Assembly: GCA_030390025.1 (NCBI GenBank)
Contig: CM059432.1
Coordinates: forward strand, 130,202,001 to 130,266,000
DNA: 64,000 nt
Direction of reading: 5' to 3'
Source: Squalus acanthias
Lineage: Eukaryota
Part shown: positions 11,425 through 24,140 of the stretch, one piece after another
How positions within the stretch are numbered: the first letter of the stretch is position 1
How the letters are laid out: every line of letters begins with the position of its first letter
Position numbers and translations under genes: made by a program
The notes under the pieces: generated by a model
Databases searched by the model: none
What the model was told of the DNA's origin: nothing
What the model saw: only the letters and a program-made list of their open reading frames with translations

Positions 11425-12469
11425 AGATGTGGGCATCGCTGGCAAGGCCAGCATTTATTGCCCATCGCTAATTGCCCCTGAGAAGGTGGTGGTGAGCCGC
11501 TTCCTTGAACCGCCGCAGTCCATGTGGTGAAGGTACTCCCACAGTGCTGTTAGGGAGGGAGTTCCAGGATTTTGGCCCAGCGACAATAAAGGAAGGGCGA
11601 TATACATCTAAGTCAGGATGGTGTGTGACTTGGAGGGGAACTTGCAGGCGATGGTGCTCACATGCGCCTGCTGCCCTTGTCCTTCTAGATGGAAGAGGTC
11701 GTGGGTTTGGGAGGTGCTGCCGAAGAACCTTGGCGAGTTGCTGCACTGCATCTTGTAGCAACAAGAGCAGGTCAGAGGCTGGGTATTCTGCGGCGAATGT
11801 CTCACCTCCTGACTCCCCAAAGCCTTTCTACCATCTACAAGGCACAAGTCAGGAGTGTGATGGAATACTCTCCACTTGCCTGGATGAGTGCAGCTCCAAC
11901 AACACTCAATAAGCTCGACACCATCCAGGACAAAGCAGCCCGCTTGATTGGCACCCCATCTACCACCTTAAACATTCACTCCCTCCACCACCGGCGTACC
12001 GTGGCTGCAGTGTATACCATCTACAAGATGCACTGCAGCAACTCGCCAAGGCTTCTTCAGCAGCACCTCCCAAAACCGCAACCTCTACCACCTAGAAGGA
12101 TAAGGGCAGCAGGCGCATGGGAACACAACCACCTCCAAGTTCCCCTCCAAGTCACACACCATCCTGACTTAGAAGTATATCACCGATCCTTCATCGTCGC
12201 TGGGTCAAAATCCTGGAACTCCCTCCCCAACAGCACTGTGGGAGTACCTTCACCACATGGACTGCAGCGGTTCAAGAAGGTGGCTCACCATCACCTTCTC
12301 AAGGGCATTTAGCGATGGGCAATAAATGCTGGCCTTGCCAGCGACGGCCACATCCCATAAACGAATAAAAAAAAGATGGTGCTCACTGTAGACACGGTGC
12401 GCCAGTGGTGGAGTGTGTGAATATTTAATGTGGTGGATGGGGTGCCAATCAAGCGGGCTGCTTTGTCCT
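11425..12469. mobile_element. Two nested 3' fragments of one LINE family (same family as 35190-38820): minus copy 11425-11758 + 12374-12469 interrupted by plus copy 11759-12373
   Basis: ORF IYKAQVRSVMEYSPLAW...LDTIQDKAARLI; shared 3' tail gggcaataaatgctggccttgccagcga. Confidence 0.9.
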
Positions 12470-13771
12470 ATTATAGAAATCCAACCACTCTCCCCTCCAC
12501 CCCCAACTGCCTCAGACAAACTAACTCCGTGCTAAAAGAATGTCCTTGTTCATATGACTTGGTTCCACACTGGACACTTCTTTTATCCATTGAGACACTG
12601 GAGAATGATCTCCTTCTGTATATTCTATAAGCATACAATATCCGTGGGGTCTAGAGCAGTATATGGGATTATTTTCAATCATAGATCGGGGAAGGTTTTG
12701 GAGCTGCTCCCACTCCGATATCGTAACTTCCGCCGCATTTCTGGCAAAGTTACAGTGGCGGAGCGAGATTAGCTCTGAGGAAATTCCTGGCTCATGACCA
12801 TGTTCCACACTGCTGTTATCATTACCCTATATTTATTTTGCTGGACTATTGGGAAAGAACAGGGGGGTGTGGCCCATTGGATAGTTCTTACAAAGAGCCA
12901 GCACAGTCACGATGGGTCGAATGGCCTCCTTCTGTGCCATATGATTCTATATAGACCAAAATAAACACTTACATTTCATTTAAATAGAGAAGTAAGAGTA
13001 GGAACTCTATTAATAATAATCACAAAGCACAAGCATTCCCACAGAGCAATCACTGTAAAGATAGTAATGTATTATGAAATACAATGTCTAATCTATTGCA
13101 CACTGTACTCAGATCCATTACAGCTGCATTTTTAGCCTCATCATCACAAATCCAGATATATCTCAACAGTCTCTTTTCCAAGCATGAATGGGGTGGATCG
13201 TGCTCAGCTTGATGTCCTCAACTCTTCAGAGGAGATTAAACATACAGTCTATTCATTACCAGGCGGGGAAGGCCCATGGAGCAAATGAGCAACTCAGTGA
13301 TTGCTTTATCAGAAACCTGCTCCCTCACTGTTGCATATGATGCAGTACAGGAGTTCCATTTTAATTAGTCTGGATATGGGCTGATTTCCTATATCCCTTC
13401 ATGCCTGAAATAAAGAAGGATTCTTTCCACTATTGTCCTTGCACGTTGATCTCACAGCTTGACTTTAGGAAACGTTTGGTTTCGCGTCATATTGACTTTG
13501 AGCCAAACTTTCGGGCATTTGGTAACTTTACTGTTCAATTACCCCCCAGATAGTACAGCTTCAACAAGAAAGAGGTCTTCAGCTTACGTTACTCCGTAAT
13601 TTCTAAAATAGGTTTAATAAAGAAAAGAAAGAACTTGCATTTCTACAGCACCTTTGATGACCTCAGGATATCCCAAAGCGCTTTACAGCCAATTTAGTAC
13701 TTTTGAAGTGTCGTCACTGTTGTGATGTGGGGAAACACGGCTGCACACAGCAAGGTCCCACAAACAACAAT

Positions 13772-14975
13772 GGGCCAAAAATTCATCCCGCGACGCGAGA
13801 GTACGCACTGCGTACTCTCGCGTATTCTCTCTCCAATTGCCGGTTTTCTGCATGCCCTGCGCATGCGCTGAAAACCGGCACTTGGTCTTTTGAAAAGGGG
13901 GCGGTTCCTCGGTGCATCGCGTGTGCGCTACAGGCTGCGCGCACGCTGTGCACTTCATGCTTTGGACGCGCAGGTAAGTACGGAAGATTTTAGAAATGGA
14001 AAAAGGAGGAGTAAGACCCACTTTTAACAAGGTAAGTAGTGAATTAAGTATTTTTTTGAATTTTTTTTAACAGGTATATCTTTTTTAGAGACTTTAAAGA
14101 CAGGTAAGTTTATTTTTATAACTTTTTAAAAGATTTTAAATTTTTTCAAAAATTTAATTTTTTATTTAAAATGGTTAATTTATTTAACTATACTTATTTT
14201 ATTAATGTAATGGTTTTTTTTTAATTTAATTGAGGTTTAGCTGTTATTTTGGGGGGGTGTAAGATTCATAGGGGTAGAAATTAGGTCGCGCCCCATTTGG
14301 GGCGCAAATATCGTCCGGACGCAAATATTAGCGCCTGGCGCTAATTATCGGCACTGACGGGAAACTTCACTTTTACCGCCCCGGGAGGTGAGTGGAGCGC
14401 TAAAGCAGGCGCTGCACACCTCTCTTAAGGCACAAAGGCCGAGCAGTGAGGCGCTAACTCGGAGCGCTGGCGAAGCTCATGTAATGTCAGTCAGCAATGG
14501 AACACACACACAATGGCACGGGCCAGTTCTTAAAGGGGATGGTTAATCTTGCTTTCCATCCACATCCTGTTCATTGCTGCCTTGAATCTCGGCCTGGAGA
14601 GACTTGCACATCAAATGTGCTGGAAAGAACAATGGAGAGCACCAGGCAAAGAGCTCAGAGTGCAGCTCCCACGGTCTCTGCTAAATCGATACAAGGAATG
14701 GCAAATCAAAATGAACCTGCAAAGTGCTGCTCAGTTTCACAGCCGTGCTGTGAAACTTATGAATGGAAGATGGTGTGCTGCCATTGGCTCTAACTGAGTC
14801 ACGTGATCCCACAGCTTGCACGAATTCACTACGCCGCTGGGATACGCAAGCACTGCCCGGCTGATGTCTGGAACATCAAGTTCGTGCGAGCTGGATCTGA
14901 AAAAGCACAAGCGGAGTGAGAGATCGCGGGGAAGCCTTACCCCCGCGGGAACAGAGCGAGATCAATTTCTGGGCC
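13772..14975. mobile_element. Harbinger-type MITE containing a truncated copy (~14271-14800) of the 25296-26158 family
   Basis: TIR gggccaaaaattcatcccgc / gcgagatcaatttctgggcc; TSD AAT; internal segment matches 25690-26158 inverted. Confidence 0.85.
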
Positions 14976-15222
14976 AATATGATAATGACCAGAAAATCTG
15001 TTTAGTGTTGCTGGTTGAGGGATAAATATTTGCCAGGACACAGGGGAGAACTCCCCTTCTCTTCTTTGAATAGTGCCTTGGAATCTTTTACATCCACCTC
15101 AGATGACAGACGGGGACTCGGTTTAACATCTCAGCCAAAAGACGGCACCTCTGACAGTGTAGCACTCCCTCACTAGATTTTGTGCTCAAGTCTCTGGAGT
15201 GGGTCGTGAACCCACAACCTTG

Positions 15223-15690
15223 TCAGCTGTGGCTCAGTGGGTAGCACACTCACCTTCTGAGTCAGAAGATTGTGGGTTCAAGTCCCACTCCAGAGACTTG
15301 AACACATAAAGCTAGGCTGACACTCCAGTGCAGTGCTGAGGGAGTGCTGCACTGTCAGAGGTGCCGTCTTTCAGATGAGACGTTAAACTGAGGCCCCGTC
15401 TGCCCTCTCAGGTGGACGTAAAAAATCCCATGGCACTATTTCAAAGAAGAGTAGGGGAGTTATTCCCAGTGGCCTGGCCAATATTTCTCCCTCAAATAAC
15501 ATAACAAAAACAGATTATCTGGTCATTTTCACATTGCTGTTTGTGGGAGCTTGCTGTGTGCAAATTGGCTGCCGTGTTTCCCACATTACAACAGTGACTC
15601 CACTTCAAAAGTACTTCATTGGCTGTAAAGCGCTTTGAGACGTCCGGTGGTCGTGAAAGGCGCTATATAAATGCAAGTCTTTCTTTCTTT
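15223..15690 (+). mobile_element. Full-length tRNA-derived DeuSINE (SacSINE1/AmnSINE1-like)
   Basis: A box tggctcagtgg, B box ggttcaagtcc, Deu-like core gaggtgccgtctttc..gatgagacgttaaac, L2-like tail ggcgctatataaatgcaagtctttcttt. Confidence 0.9.
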
Positions 15691-15784
15691 TGTGATGATG
15701 TGGAGATGCCGGTGTTGGACTGGGGTGGACAAATGTGAGAAGTCGCACAACACCAGGTTATAGTCCAACAGTTTTATTTGAAAT

Positions 15785-15819
15785 CACAAGCTTTCGGAGC
15801 GCTGCTCCTTCGTCAGGTG
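15785..15819 (-). ncRNA. Minimal hammerhead ribozyme motif
   Basis: cac CTGACGA A GGAGC agc GCTCC GAAA GC TT gtg. Confidence 0.8.
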
Positions 15820-15891
15820 AAGCTAGGCTGACACTCCAGTGCAGTGCTGAGGGAGTGCTGCACTGTCAGAGGTGCCGTCTTTCGGATGAGA

Positions 15892-15926
15892 CACCTGACG
15901 AAGGAGCAGCACTCCGAAAGCTTGTG
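15892..15926 (+). ncRNA. Minimal hammerhead ribozyme motif
   Basis: cac CTGACGA A GGAG cagca CTCC GAAA GC TT gtg. Confidence 0.8.
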
Positions 15927-16689
15927 ATTTCAAATAAAACTGTTGGACTATAACCTGGTGTTGTGCGACTTCTCACATTTCTTTTGTGACTCAGAGACAA
16001 TGTGCTACCCATGAGCCACGGCTGACGCCAAATGGATGGCTACCACTAATAAACTGAAAATGCCAATTTAGCAAATTATTGGGAAAAATCTAATTAACTT
16101 AAGTAATTCTGTATGTTCCAATGTTATAAAACCCTTCACCCAGTTTATTACTGCATGAGCCGATTTTCCTTTTGACCTGGAGAACAACAGGTTAAAAAAA
16201 AGTTTCAAATATTTTATATTCCGACTCGGTGACCGATTGCAGCAATCAAAACAGTCGTTTAAATTTTAAACCCTCCCACCGGGACCCATAGCAATGCCGA
16301 ACACTGGGAGCAAACCGGCATTCCTTGTGCCCAATGTTGCTGGAGCACAAATGACAGGAAAGATGTTGTCTTTCCCCCCATCACTTGCACCCTATTATAA
16401 TATTAGATATCCAACATCATTTCCAGCAGAAAATCCCGAGGTGATGTCGGGCGGTGGGACTGGGGAGCCAGCGGAATGCTCTCTGCCCAATTTTCCACCC
16501 CCACCCTGCTTACCAGCATAACTACCCATGAAAATCGGGCCAGGTAAATTTAATACTTTTTTTATACATCACCAAATACCAACGTAAAATACATGTTTAA
16601 ACATTACCGCGACTTTCCGATATGCATTGGTTGTGGGGAAGGATGCTGCACCAGCACTTACTCGGAAAATGACTCCCTACGATAGCCTG

Positions 16690-16960
16690 GAGCTAAACAT
16701 TCAGATCTGTGGTCACTTTCTCAGCCACAGTCGGAGCTGTCCATGCTGTGTTTGCAGATCCAGTTGCAGCAATGAACCAAGGTCATCCAAAGCTTTGTAA
16801 CTGAAGTGTAGCCTCCTGAGACAGAGTTCATGAGAAAGATTTTGAGTTCATCCTCCTGGGTCGACACATCTGCTGGCTGGATATCTCCTCTGCCTGATTA
16901 ATCTGGCTTCACATTCTGCCTCCTGCTGCTCCTGTTCCTCCAACATGTATACCATGTAAA
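16690..16960 (-). pseudogene. Degenerate Harbinger (HARBI1-like) transposase N-terminal fragment
   Basis: Manual translation RQRRYP...NLSHELCLRRLHFSYKALDDLGSLLQLDLQ / TAPTVAEKVTTDLN, with stops and a frameshift. Confidence 0.65.
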
Positions 16961-17476
16961 GTAGGAAGCTCATTTCGTGGCCTACAGATACCTCCTTCCT
17001 AATTCCCAAGTACAAGGCTCTCCACAGCTAATGGAGAATATAGGTGAAGGCTTCCTGACTACAACTGTGCAAGAATTTTGCAGGTACCTGCATCAATCCC
17101 AAGAAATGGCCAAAAGCCTGCAAAAACTATCTCACTCTCAGCAGCTTCCCTTCAAACAACCACTTCTGTCCTAATGATCAGGTCCTAGCATTTGCGCCTG
17201 TTACAAAGTGCCAGACATTTGAGAAGGCCGAAGTCACGGAATTTTGGTCGCGTAACATCATACTGTCCTAACTCCGCGATTTACATATCTCTTCCATTGA
17301 GAAGGAGGGCACCTCTTCAGCCCACCCTGAAACCTATGTTATCCCTTCACGGCCTCACCCCTCCCTATCTCTGTAACCTCCGTTAGCCGTACAGCCCCTC
17401 CGAGATCTCGGCGCTCCTCAATTTTGGCCTCTTGCACATCCCCAGTTTTCATCGCTTCACCAGTGCGCCATGTCTT

Positions 17477-19875
17477 AGATAGAACAGGTGGACAGGACAT
17501 TGGATCGTGAGATTAGTAATGAAATAAATGCTTTTAAAATAAAAAGAGGGGATACATTAAATAAACTAATCAAACTCAAAGAGGAAAGAGGAAAAAAACC
17601 CTGGTCCAGACATATTTTAAAATAATCTAGGGAAGAGACAGCAGAGGCATTACTACACATATTTAATAATTCGTTAAAAAAAGGTGTAGTGCCAGAGGAC
17701 TGGCGGATAGCTAACGTAATACCGATATTTAAGAAGGGGGATAGAACATGTCCAGGGAATTATAGACCAGTCAGCTTAACATCGGTGGGAGGAAATATAA
17801 TGGAATCCCTACTAATAGAAGAACATCTAGAAGCCAAAATTATAATAATGAATAGTCAACATGGATTTCAAAAGGGAAAGTCTTGCTTGACCAACCTCAT
17901 TGAATTTTTTGAAGAGGTAACAGAGAGAGTAGACAAGGGTAATGAAGTAGATGCAATTTATCCAAATTTTCAAAAGGCTTCGATAAGGTACCCCATAATA
18001 GACTAATGAATAAGGTCAGAGAATGCGGAGTCAGGGGACAAGTAGCAGAATGGATTGCTGGCTGGCTTCAAGACAAAAAGCAGAAAGTAGGGGTAAAGGG
18101 TAGCTATTCACAGTGGCAGAAGGTGGGTAGTGGTGTTCCACAAGGATCAGTGCTGGGACCACTGTTGTCCACAATTTATATTAATGATTTAGACTTTGGA
18201 ATCAAAAACACAATGGGGGAGAAATTGGTTGCCTTTGCGCCTCCCATTAGTGCCCCCGGGTGGCGCTAACGGGGCACAAATGGCTTTGCGACCAGGCGCG
18301 GCGCTGACATCAACTCCGGCCATATTCGGCGGGAGATTTGCGGCGGTGCTATGGCGTTGCGCCCCAATCTCCTTTGCCCGGAGATCATGACATCATCGCC
18401 GAGTTGTGCCCCGGTCCCAAAATTGACTTCCGCCCCCTGTAGCAGCGCCAGTCGAAAACACCGACAGCTGCAGGAGGCGTGCATCGGGTGGCCGGCCGCT
18501 TCAGTGGCGATGATTAAAGGCAAGGTGGCCGAGGTAAGTGGAAAAAAAACTTACCTTTCCAGTTTTTTTCGCGGGTTCCTGCCCGCGATCGATCAGCCCA
18601 GCGCTCTGCTCGAGTGCCGGGCTGATCACGTGGGATCGTGGCTGCCTTGGTGGTCCAGGTAGGTACTTTTTAAATTGCAGAGCCTGCAGCGATGGCCCTT
18701 CCCTTTAAGGGAGGGAAGGAGCCTTTGAGCGTGGCAGCGCTGCATGGCCCAGTGTGCAGCGCTGCTGATGTCTTCGCCCTGCTCCCTGATGTTAGCACCC
18801 TAAGAAGGAAGTGGAGTGCTTGATTTAGTGCTCCACTTCCCTCTTGGGGCGCTAAAACTTAATTTTGCGGTCACCGGCGCTAATTAGCGCCAGGCACTAA
18901 TAGGCGATGTTAGCTCCCCAAAATGGTCGATACCGAATTTTTCCCCCAGTTTCTAAATTTGTGGATGACACCAAATTAGGGGGGATAGTCAATACTGAGG
19001 AGGACTGCAACAAATTACAGGAGGACATTAATAAACTTGCAGAATGGGCATATAATTGGCAAATGAATTTCAACACAGATAAATGTGAGGTATTACAACT
19101 TGGTAGGAGGAATAGGGAGGTTACTTATTACTTGGAGGGTGCGAGTCTGGGTGGGGTAGAGGAGCAAAGGGATCTCGCCCTACAAATACACAAATTACTA
19201 AAAGTAGCGACACAGGTTAATAAGGCCATAAAAAAGCAAACCAAGAACTAGGGTTTATTTCCAGAGGGATAGAATTGAAAAGTATGGAAATTATGCTAGA
19301 CTTGTATCGAACCTTGGTTAGACCACACTTAGAGTACTGCGTACAATTCTGGTTGCCATATTATAAAAAGGATATAGAGGCACTGGAGAGGGTGCAAAAA
19401 AGATTTACAAGGATGATACCAGAAATGCGAGGGTATACCTATCAGGGAAGGATGAACAGGCTGGGTCTCAAGAGAAGGCTGAGGGGTGACCTAATAGAGG
19501 TCTTTAAAATTATGAAAGGTTTTGATAGTGTAAATACAGAGGGAGTGTTTCTACTTGTGGGAAGAGCATAACTAGAGGCCATCAATATAAGATAACCACC
19601 AAGAAATCCAATAGGGAATTCAGAAGAAACTTCTTTACCCAGAGAGTGGGGCGAATGTGGAACTCGCTACCACAGGGAGTGGTTGAAGCGAATAGTATAG
19701 ATGCATTTAAGGGGAGGCTAGATAAGTATATGAGGGAGAAGGGGATAGAGGGTCATGCTGATAGAGTTCAATGAGAAAAGACTGGAGGAGGCGCGAGTGG
19801 AGCATAAACGCCGGCATGGACTGGTTGGGTCGAATGGCCTATTTCTGTGCTGTATATCCTATGTAATCCTATGTA
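17477..19875 (+). mobile_element. 5'-truncated CR1 LINE (decayed RT), interrupted by a MITE
   Basis: PEDWRIANVIPIFKKG, NYRPVSLTS, SGVPQGSVLGP, FVDDTKLGG, LVRPHLEYCVQFW; tail atcctatgt. Confidence 0.95.
18215..18947. mobile_element. Harbinger-type MITE inside the CR1 RT
   Basis: TIR gggggagaaatt / aatttttccccc; TSD AAT/AGT; removing it rejoins GIKNT-(I)SKFVDDTK. Confidence 0.9.
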
Positions 19876-21007
19876 GTCTTCAGCTGCCTAAGCCTTAAGG
19901 TCTGAAATTCCCTCCCTAAACCTCTTCGCCTCTCTACCTCTCTCTCCTCCTTTAAGACGCTACTTAAAACCCATCTCTTAGACCAAGCTTTTGGTCACCT
20001 GTCCTAATAGCTCCTCCTGTGGCTCAGTGTCAAATATTGTTCGATAAGGCTCCTGTGAAGCGTCTTAGGATGTTAAAGGTGCTATATAAATAGCTACTGT
20101 TGTTGTTAATTTACCAGGGCACTTTTGGGATGGAAACATGGTGGATCTCAGGCCTGCCCCAAATTAGTGCCTTCACAACAGGCACTAATGTTGACTTCCA
20201 CCCTTCCCCAGCCTAGGAATTTCAGGGCTACATAATATTTAACACTTAATAGAAAGTCTGTGAGGATGTGCTGGTTGCGTCACTCAGGAGATTGAAGTAT
20301 TTGGCCACAACTTTTGTACCCGAGTTCCTTTTTGGGACAAGATGCTATTTTGGTCCCCTCCAGAATTTTAATTTTTTTAATTATGTTCCTGTTCAATTTA
20401 AACACTTATTTTGAATCAATGATGCATCTCCTGCAGTTTCATTTATATTTATCAGCACTTTAGAAACTATGGGCCTGAATTTAAAGCATGGAATACTGGC
20501 AGACTAACGCATTAGTCTGAAATTATGCCATTTTATCAGACCGCATTAATCTGTTTAAAATAAATGGGTTACTGCCTTCACTAAAATAGCAGAGGTAGCA
20601 ATTTAAGACGACGGTGTTAAGCGTTTATTTGCTGGTATCCCCCAGCTTATTTTCAGCACGTGTGAGATTTGTCTTCAACAAGATTGGCCGAGGCCTTTCC
20701 AACAGTCTACAGCTGTGAGCAATACTGTTTTGGCTTAAAAAAAAGCATGACTGAATGTGATGTATTGTTTTAAAAACAAACAGTTCTGCCTCACTAAAGC
20801 ATGGTGGAATTATGCTATCTCTTTCACTTACATTTTGCACTCCACTCCATTTCTCATGGGTTGCACAATGTCGGAGGGATCCTGTGAATCCGTCGATGAA
20901 CTTTATTGTTTTTAATCTTGATTTTGGGAGACGCTGATCAAGTTCACAGGTTCCACCTGATAGTTGCAGTACTTCACAGACTTTGTGCAATATGTGTAAC
21001 CACGAAC

Positions 21008-21443
21008 AGAAAGAAAGATTTGCATTTCTAGAACGCCTTTCATGACCTCAGGACATCACAATGCGCTTCACAGCCAATGAAGTACTTTTTGAAGTGTAGT
21101 CACTGTTGTAATGTAGGAAACGCAGCAGCCAGATTGTGCACAGCAAGCTCCCACAAACAGCAATGTGATAATGACCAGATAACCTGCTTTTTAGTGATGT
21201 TGGTTGAGGGATAAATATTGTCCAGGACACCTTGAAATATTGCCATGGGCCTCAGTTTAATCTCTCATCTGAAAGACGGCACCTCCAATAGTGCAGCATT
21301 CCCTCAGAATTGCACTGGAATGTAGGCCTAGATTTTATGCTTAAGTCACTGGAGTAGGGCTTGAACCCACAACCTTCTGACTCAGAGGCGAGAGTGCTGC
21401 CTGCTGAGCTACGGCTGAGTGGTAGTGCTCTTGCCTCTGTGAG
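21008..21443 (-). mobile_element. DeuSINE with an internal deletion, plus a short opposite-strand head fragment
   Basis: Reverse complement of the 15223-15690 family. Confidence 0.85.
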
Positions 21444-22659
21444 AGAAATCTGAACAATTTCCACCAACTAGTTGATCTCCTGCGGTGTTGCACACAGCGA
21501 GTCAAAATCAATCGCAGAATTCAGGTTAAGGAGAGTTAGAGGACAGGGGGCTAATTGGGCCCGAGAGGAACAGGGGGAGAAAGCAGATGGAAGGGATGAG
21601 AGGGGCAGAGTCAAGAGCAGTTGAGGGGGAGGTGGGAGAAAGAGAAAGGAGGGGAGAGGGGAACGGGAGGATAAGGGGATGGGGAAGAGGAGGAGGAGGA
21701 GAGGGTGGAGGGCAGGGGGAATGGGAGGGGTCAGGGGGGAACAAAGGCAGGAAAAGTACCTCATCAGGGGGTTGGAGGGAGAGACCAGCAAACTCTTTTT
21801 GCCAAGGGCTGAACGTTCATGTTAGCGAGTGGCTGGGTGGAGGGAGGCGGAGTGGTGAACTGACACTCTCCTGACCCAGCATCAATTTTAATCTTGGCGC
21901 AGTGAAGGGAGAGAATATGGGTGAGAAATGTCAATGGGGGCGGTAAAATAACCAAAAATACAGAGGGAAAAAAAAGCAGTCTATCAAATATAAATTGTTT
22001 CAAGCTTGGGAGTTTTCATTCACTGAAAATGAGACCAACTTCTTATACAGGTTTCCTGTTCCGACCACGTATGCTTGCTCACCTTTGAATTTTATTATGT
22101 GCAATGGGATACGATTAATAATAAAAATGCTGACGTTACCTGGAGCACTCCATTTCCCTGCTACTGATGTCATTGCATTATATCATTCATATGAATAGCA
22201 GCCCTGATGCCTAGATTAGGGAGTGGTGCATAGTTTCTAATCCAGCTACACAGACTCAAAGGCTTATTCTTCCGTACTTCCACAAATTCTCACTGATCTA
22301 ATCAAGGCAGCACAAACTCCCACAAAGGGTTTTGGAACCATTCCAGTTCACTTTAGGAAGGGAGCTGCTTTCTGCCACACAGAGGTCAGCATGCTGTTGG
22401 CTCCAAGGCATCGTCAGTAACGCATGCGCCATTTTCCAGGAACTTCCAGCTGCTGCCTCCACATCAAGACACCCTTCACCTGCCGTGACTTCCACTGAAT
22501 GGCAGAGGTCAGCAGCAGCGACTCAAGCGATCTGCCTAAGCCCAAATTTTCCAGTGAAGTGTCCACATTTATAAGGCATTTAAAAACCATCTGCGCACTG
22601 CACCCTTTTCAATAAATGAACTGCCCAGGGTGCAACTGAGCCACGTAGACTCAAGAAGG

Positions 22660-22782
22660 CCCAAGGTGAGATCCATGGTCTCTGCTGGGAAGGTTGTAGG
22701 ACCTGCTACAATTGGTCCCAGTGCCCCAGGCACAAGAGAGAAAAAATCAGCCACAAATTATCACCATCCCGTGACTACTGCA
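22660..22782 (+). mobile_element. LF-SINE-like fragment
   Basis: gctacaattggtcccagtgccccaggcacaagagagaaaaaatcagcca resembles the LF-SINE core (recalled). Confidence 0.5.
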
Positions 22783-22785
22783 AAC

Positions 22786-24140
22786 ATAGACTCACTCCTG
22801 GGACCCCCTGTGATTATAGACTCACTCCTGGGACCCCCTGTGATTATAGACTCACTCCTGGGGACCCCCTGTGATTATAGACTCACTCCTGGGGACCCCC
22901 TGTGATTATAGACTCACTCCTGGGGACCCCCTGTGATTATAGACTCACTCCTGGGGACCCCCTGTGATTATAGACTCACTCCTGGGGACCCCCTGTGATT
23001 ATAGACTCACTCCTGGGGACCCCCTGTGATTATAGACTCACTCCTGGGGACCCCCTGTGATTATAGACTCACTCCTGGGGACCCCCTGTGATTATAGACT
23101 CACTCCTGGGGACCCCCTGTGATTATAGACTCACTCCTGGGGACCCCCTGTGATTATAGACTCACTCCTGGGGACCCCCTGTGATTATAGACTCACTCCT
23201 GGGACCCCCCTGTGATTATAGACTCACTCCTGGGACCCCCTGTGATTATAGACTCACTCCTGGGACCCCCTGTGATTATAGACTCACTCCTGGGACCCCT
23301 GTGATTATAGACTCACTCCTGGGTCCCCCCTGTGATTATAGACTCACTCCTGGGGACCCCCTGTGATTATAGACTCACTCCTGGGACCCCTGTGATTATA
23401 GACTCACTCCTGGGGACCCCCCTGTGATTATAGACTCACTCCTGGGTCCCCCCTGTGATTATAGACTCACTCCTGGGACCCCCTGTGATTATAGACTCAC
23501 TCCTGGGACCCCCTGTGACTATAGACTCACTCCTGGGGACCCCCTGTGATTATAGACTCACTCCTGGGACCCCCTGTGACTATAGACTCACTCCTGGGGA
23601 CCCCCTGTGATTATAGACTCACTCCTGGGGACCCCGTGTGATTATAGACTCACTCCTGGGGACCTCTGTGATTATAGACTCACTCCTGGGACCCCCTGTG
23701 ATTATAGACTCACTCCTGGGGACCCCCTGTGATTATAGACTCACTCCTGGGGACCCCTGTGATTATAGACTCACTCCTGGGGACCCCCTGTGATTATAGA
23801 CTCATTCCTGGGGACCTCTGTGATTATAGACTCACTCCTGGGGACCTCTGTGATTATAGACTCACTCCTGGGGACCCCCTGTGATTATTGACGCACTCCT
23901 GGGACCCCCTGTGATTATAGACTCACTCCTGGGAACCCCTGTGATTATAGACTCACTCCTGGGACCCCCTGTGATTATAGACTCACTCCTGGGACCCCCT
24001 GTGATTATTGACGCACTCCTGGGACCCCCTGTGATTATAGACTCACTCCTGGGACCCCCTGTGATTATTTACGCACTCCTGGGACCCCTGTGATTATAGA
24101 CTCACTCCTGGGGACCCCTGTGATTATAGACTCTCTCCTG
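22786..24140. repeat. 30-31 bp minisatellite, roughly 44 copies
   Basis: Unit atagactcactcctggg(g)accccctgtgatt; no spacers. Confidence 0.99.

Larger units (their letters stand above)
15696..15980. mobile_element. Penelope family-1 derived mini-insertion: inverted pLTR pair enclosing a 73-bp SINE-derived segment
   Basis: 89-bp arms 15731-15819 and 15892-15980 with 1 mismatch; flanking direct repeat tttcttttgtga at 15684-15695 and 15978-15989. Confidence 0.92.
13620..16027 (-). mobile_element. DeuSINE split in three pieces (13620-13771, 14979-15222, ~15990-16027) by nested insertions
   Basis: The pieces are colinear with the reverse complement of the intact SINE. Confidence 0.85.
17330..20105 (+). 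mobile_element. L2 3' fragment (17330-17476 + 19876-20105) interrupted by a CR1
   Basis: LHGLTPPYLCNL; tail tttaagacgctacttaaaacc...gctatataaat..tgttgttgtt; gtctt duplicated at the CR1 junctions. Confidence 0.8.

Noticed and set aside
15223..15300. tRNA gene (also 26343, 35190)
   Set aside because: The A and B boxes belong to retroposon heads that continue into repeat bodies.
22330..22570. Additional Myb-like remnant
   Set aside because: Similarity too weak to support by eye.
22786..24140. CRISPR-like array (30-31 bp repeat with palindromic core)
   Set aside because: Units are head-to-tail with no unique spacers, there are no cas genes, and the context is vertebrate.
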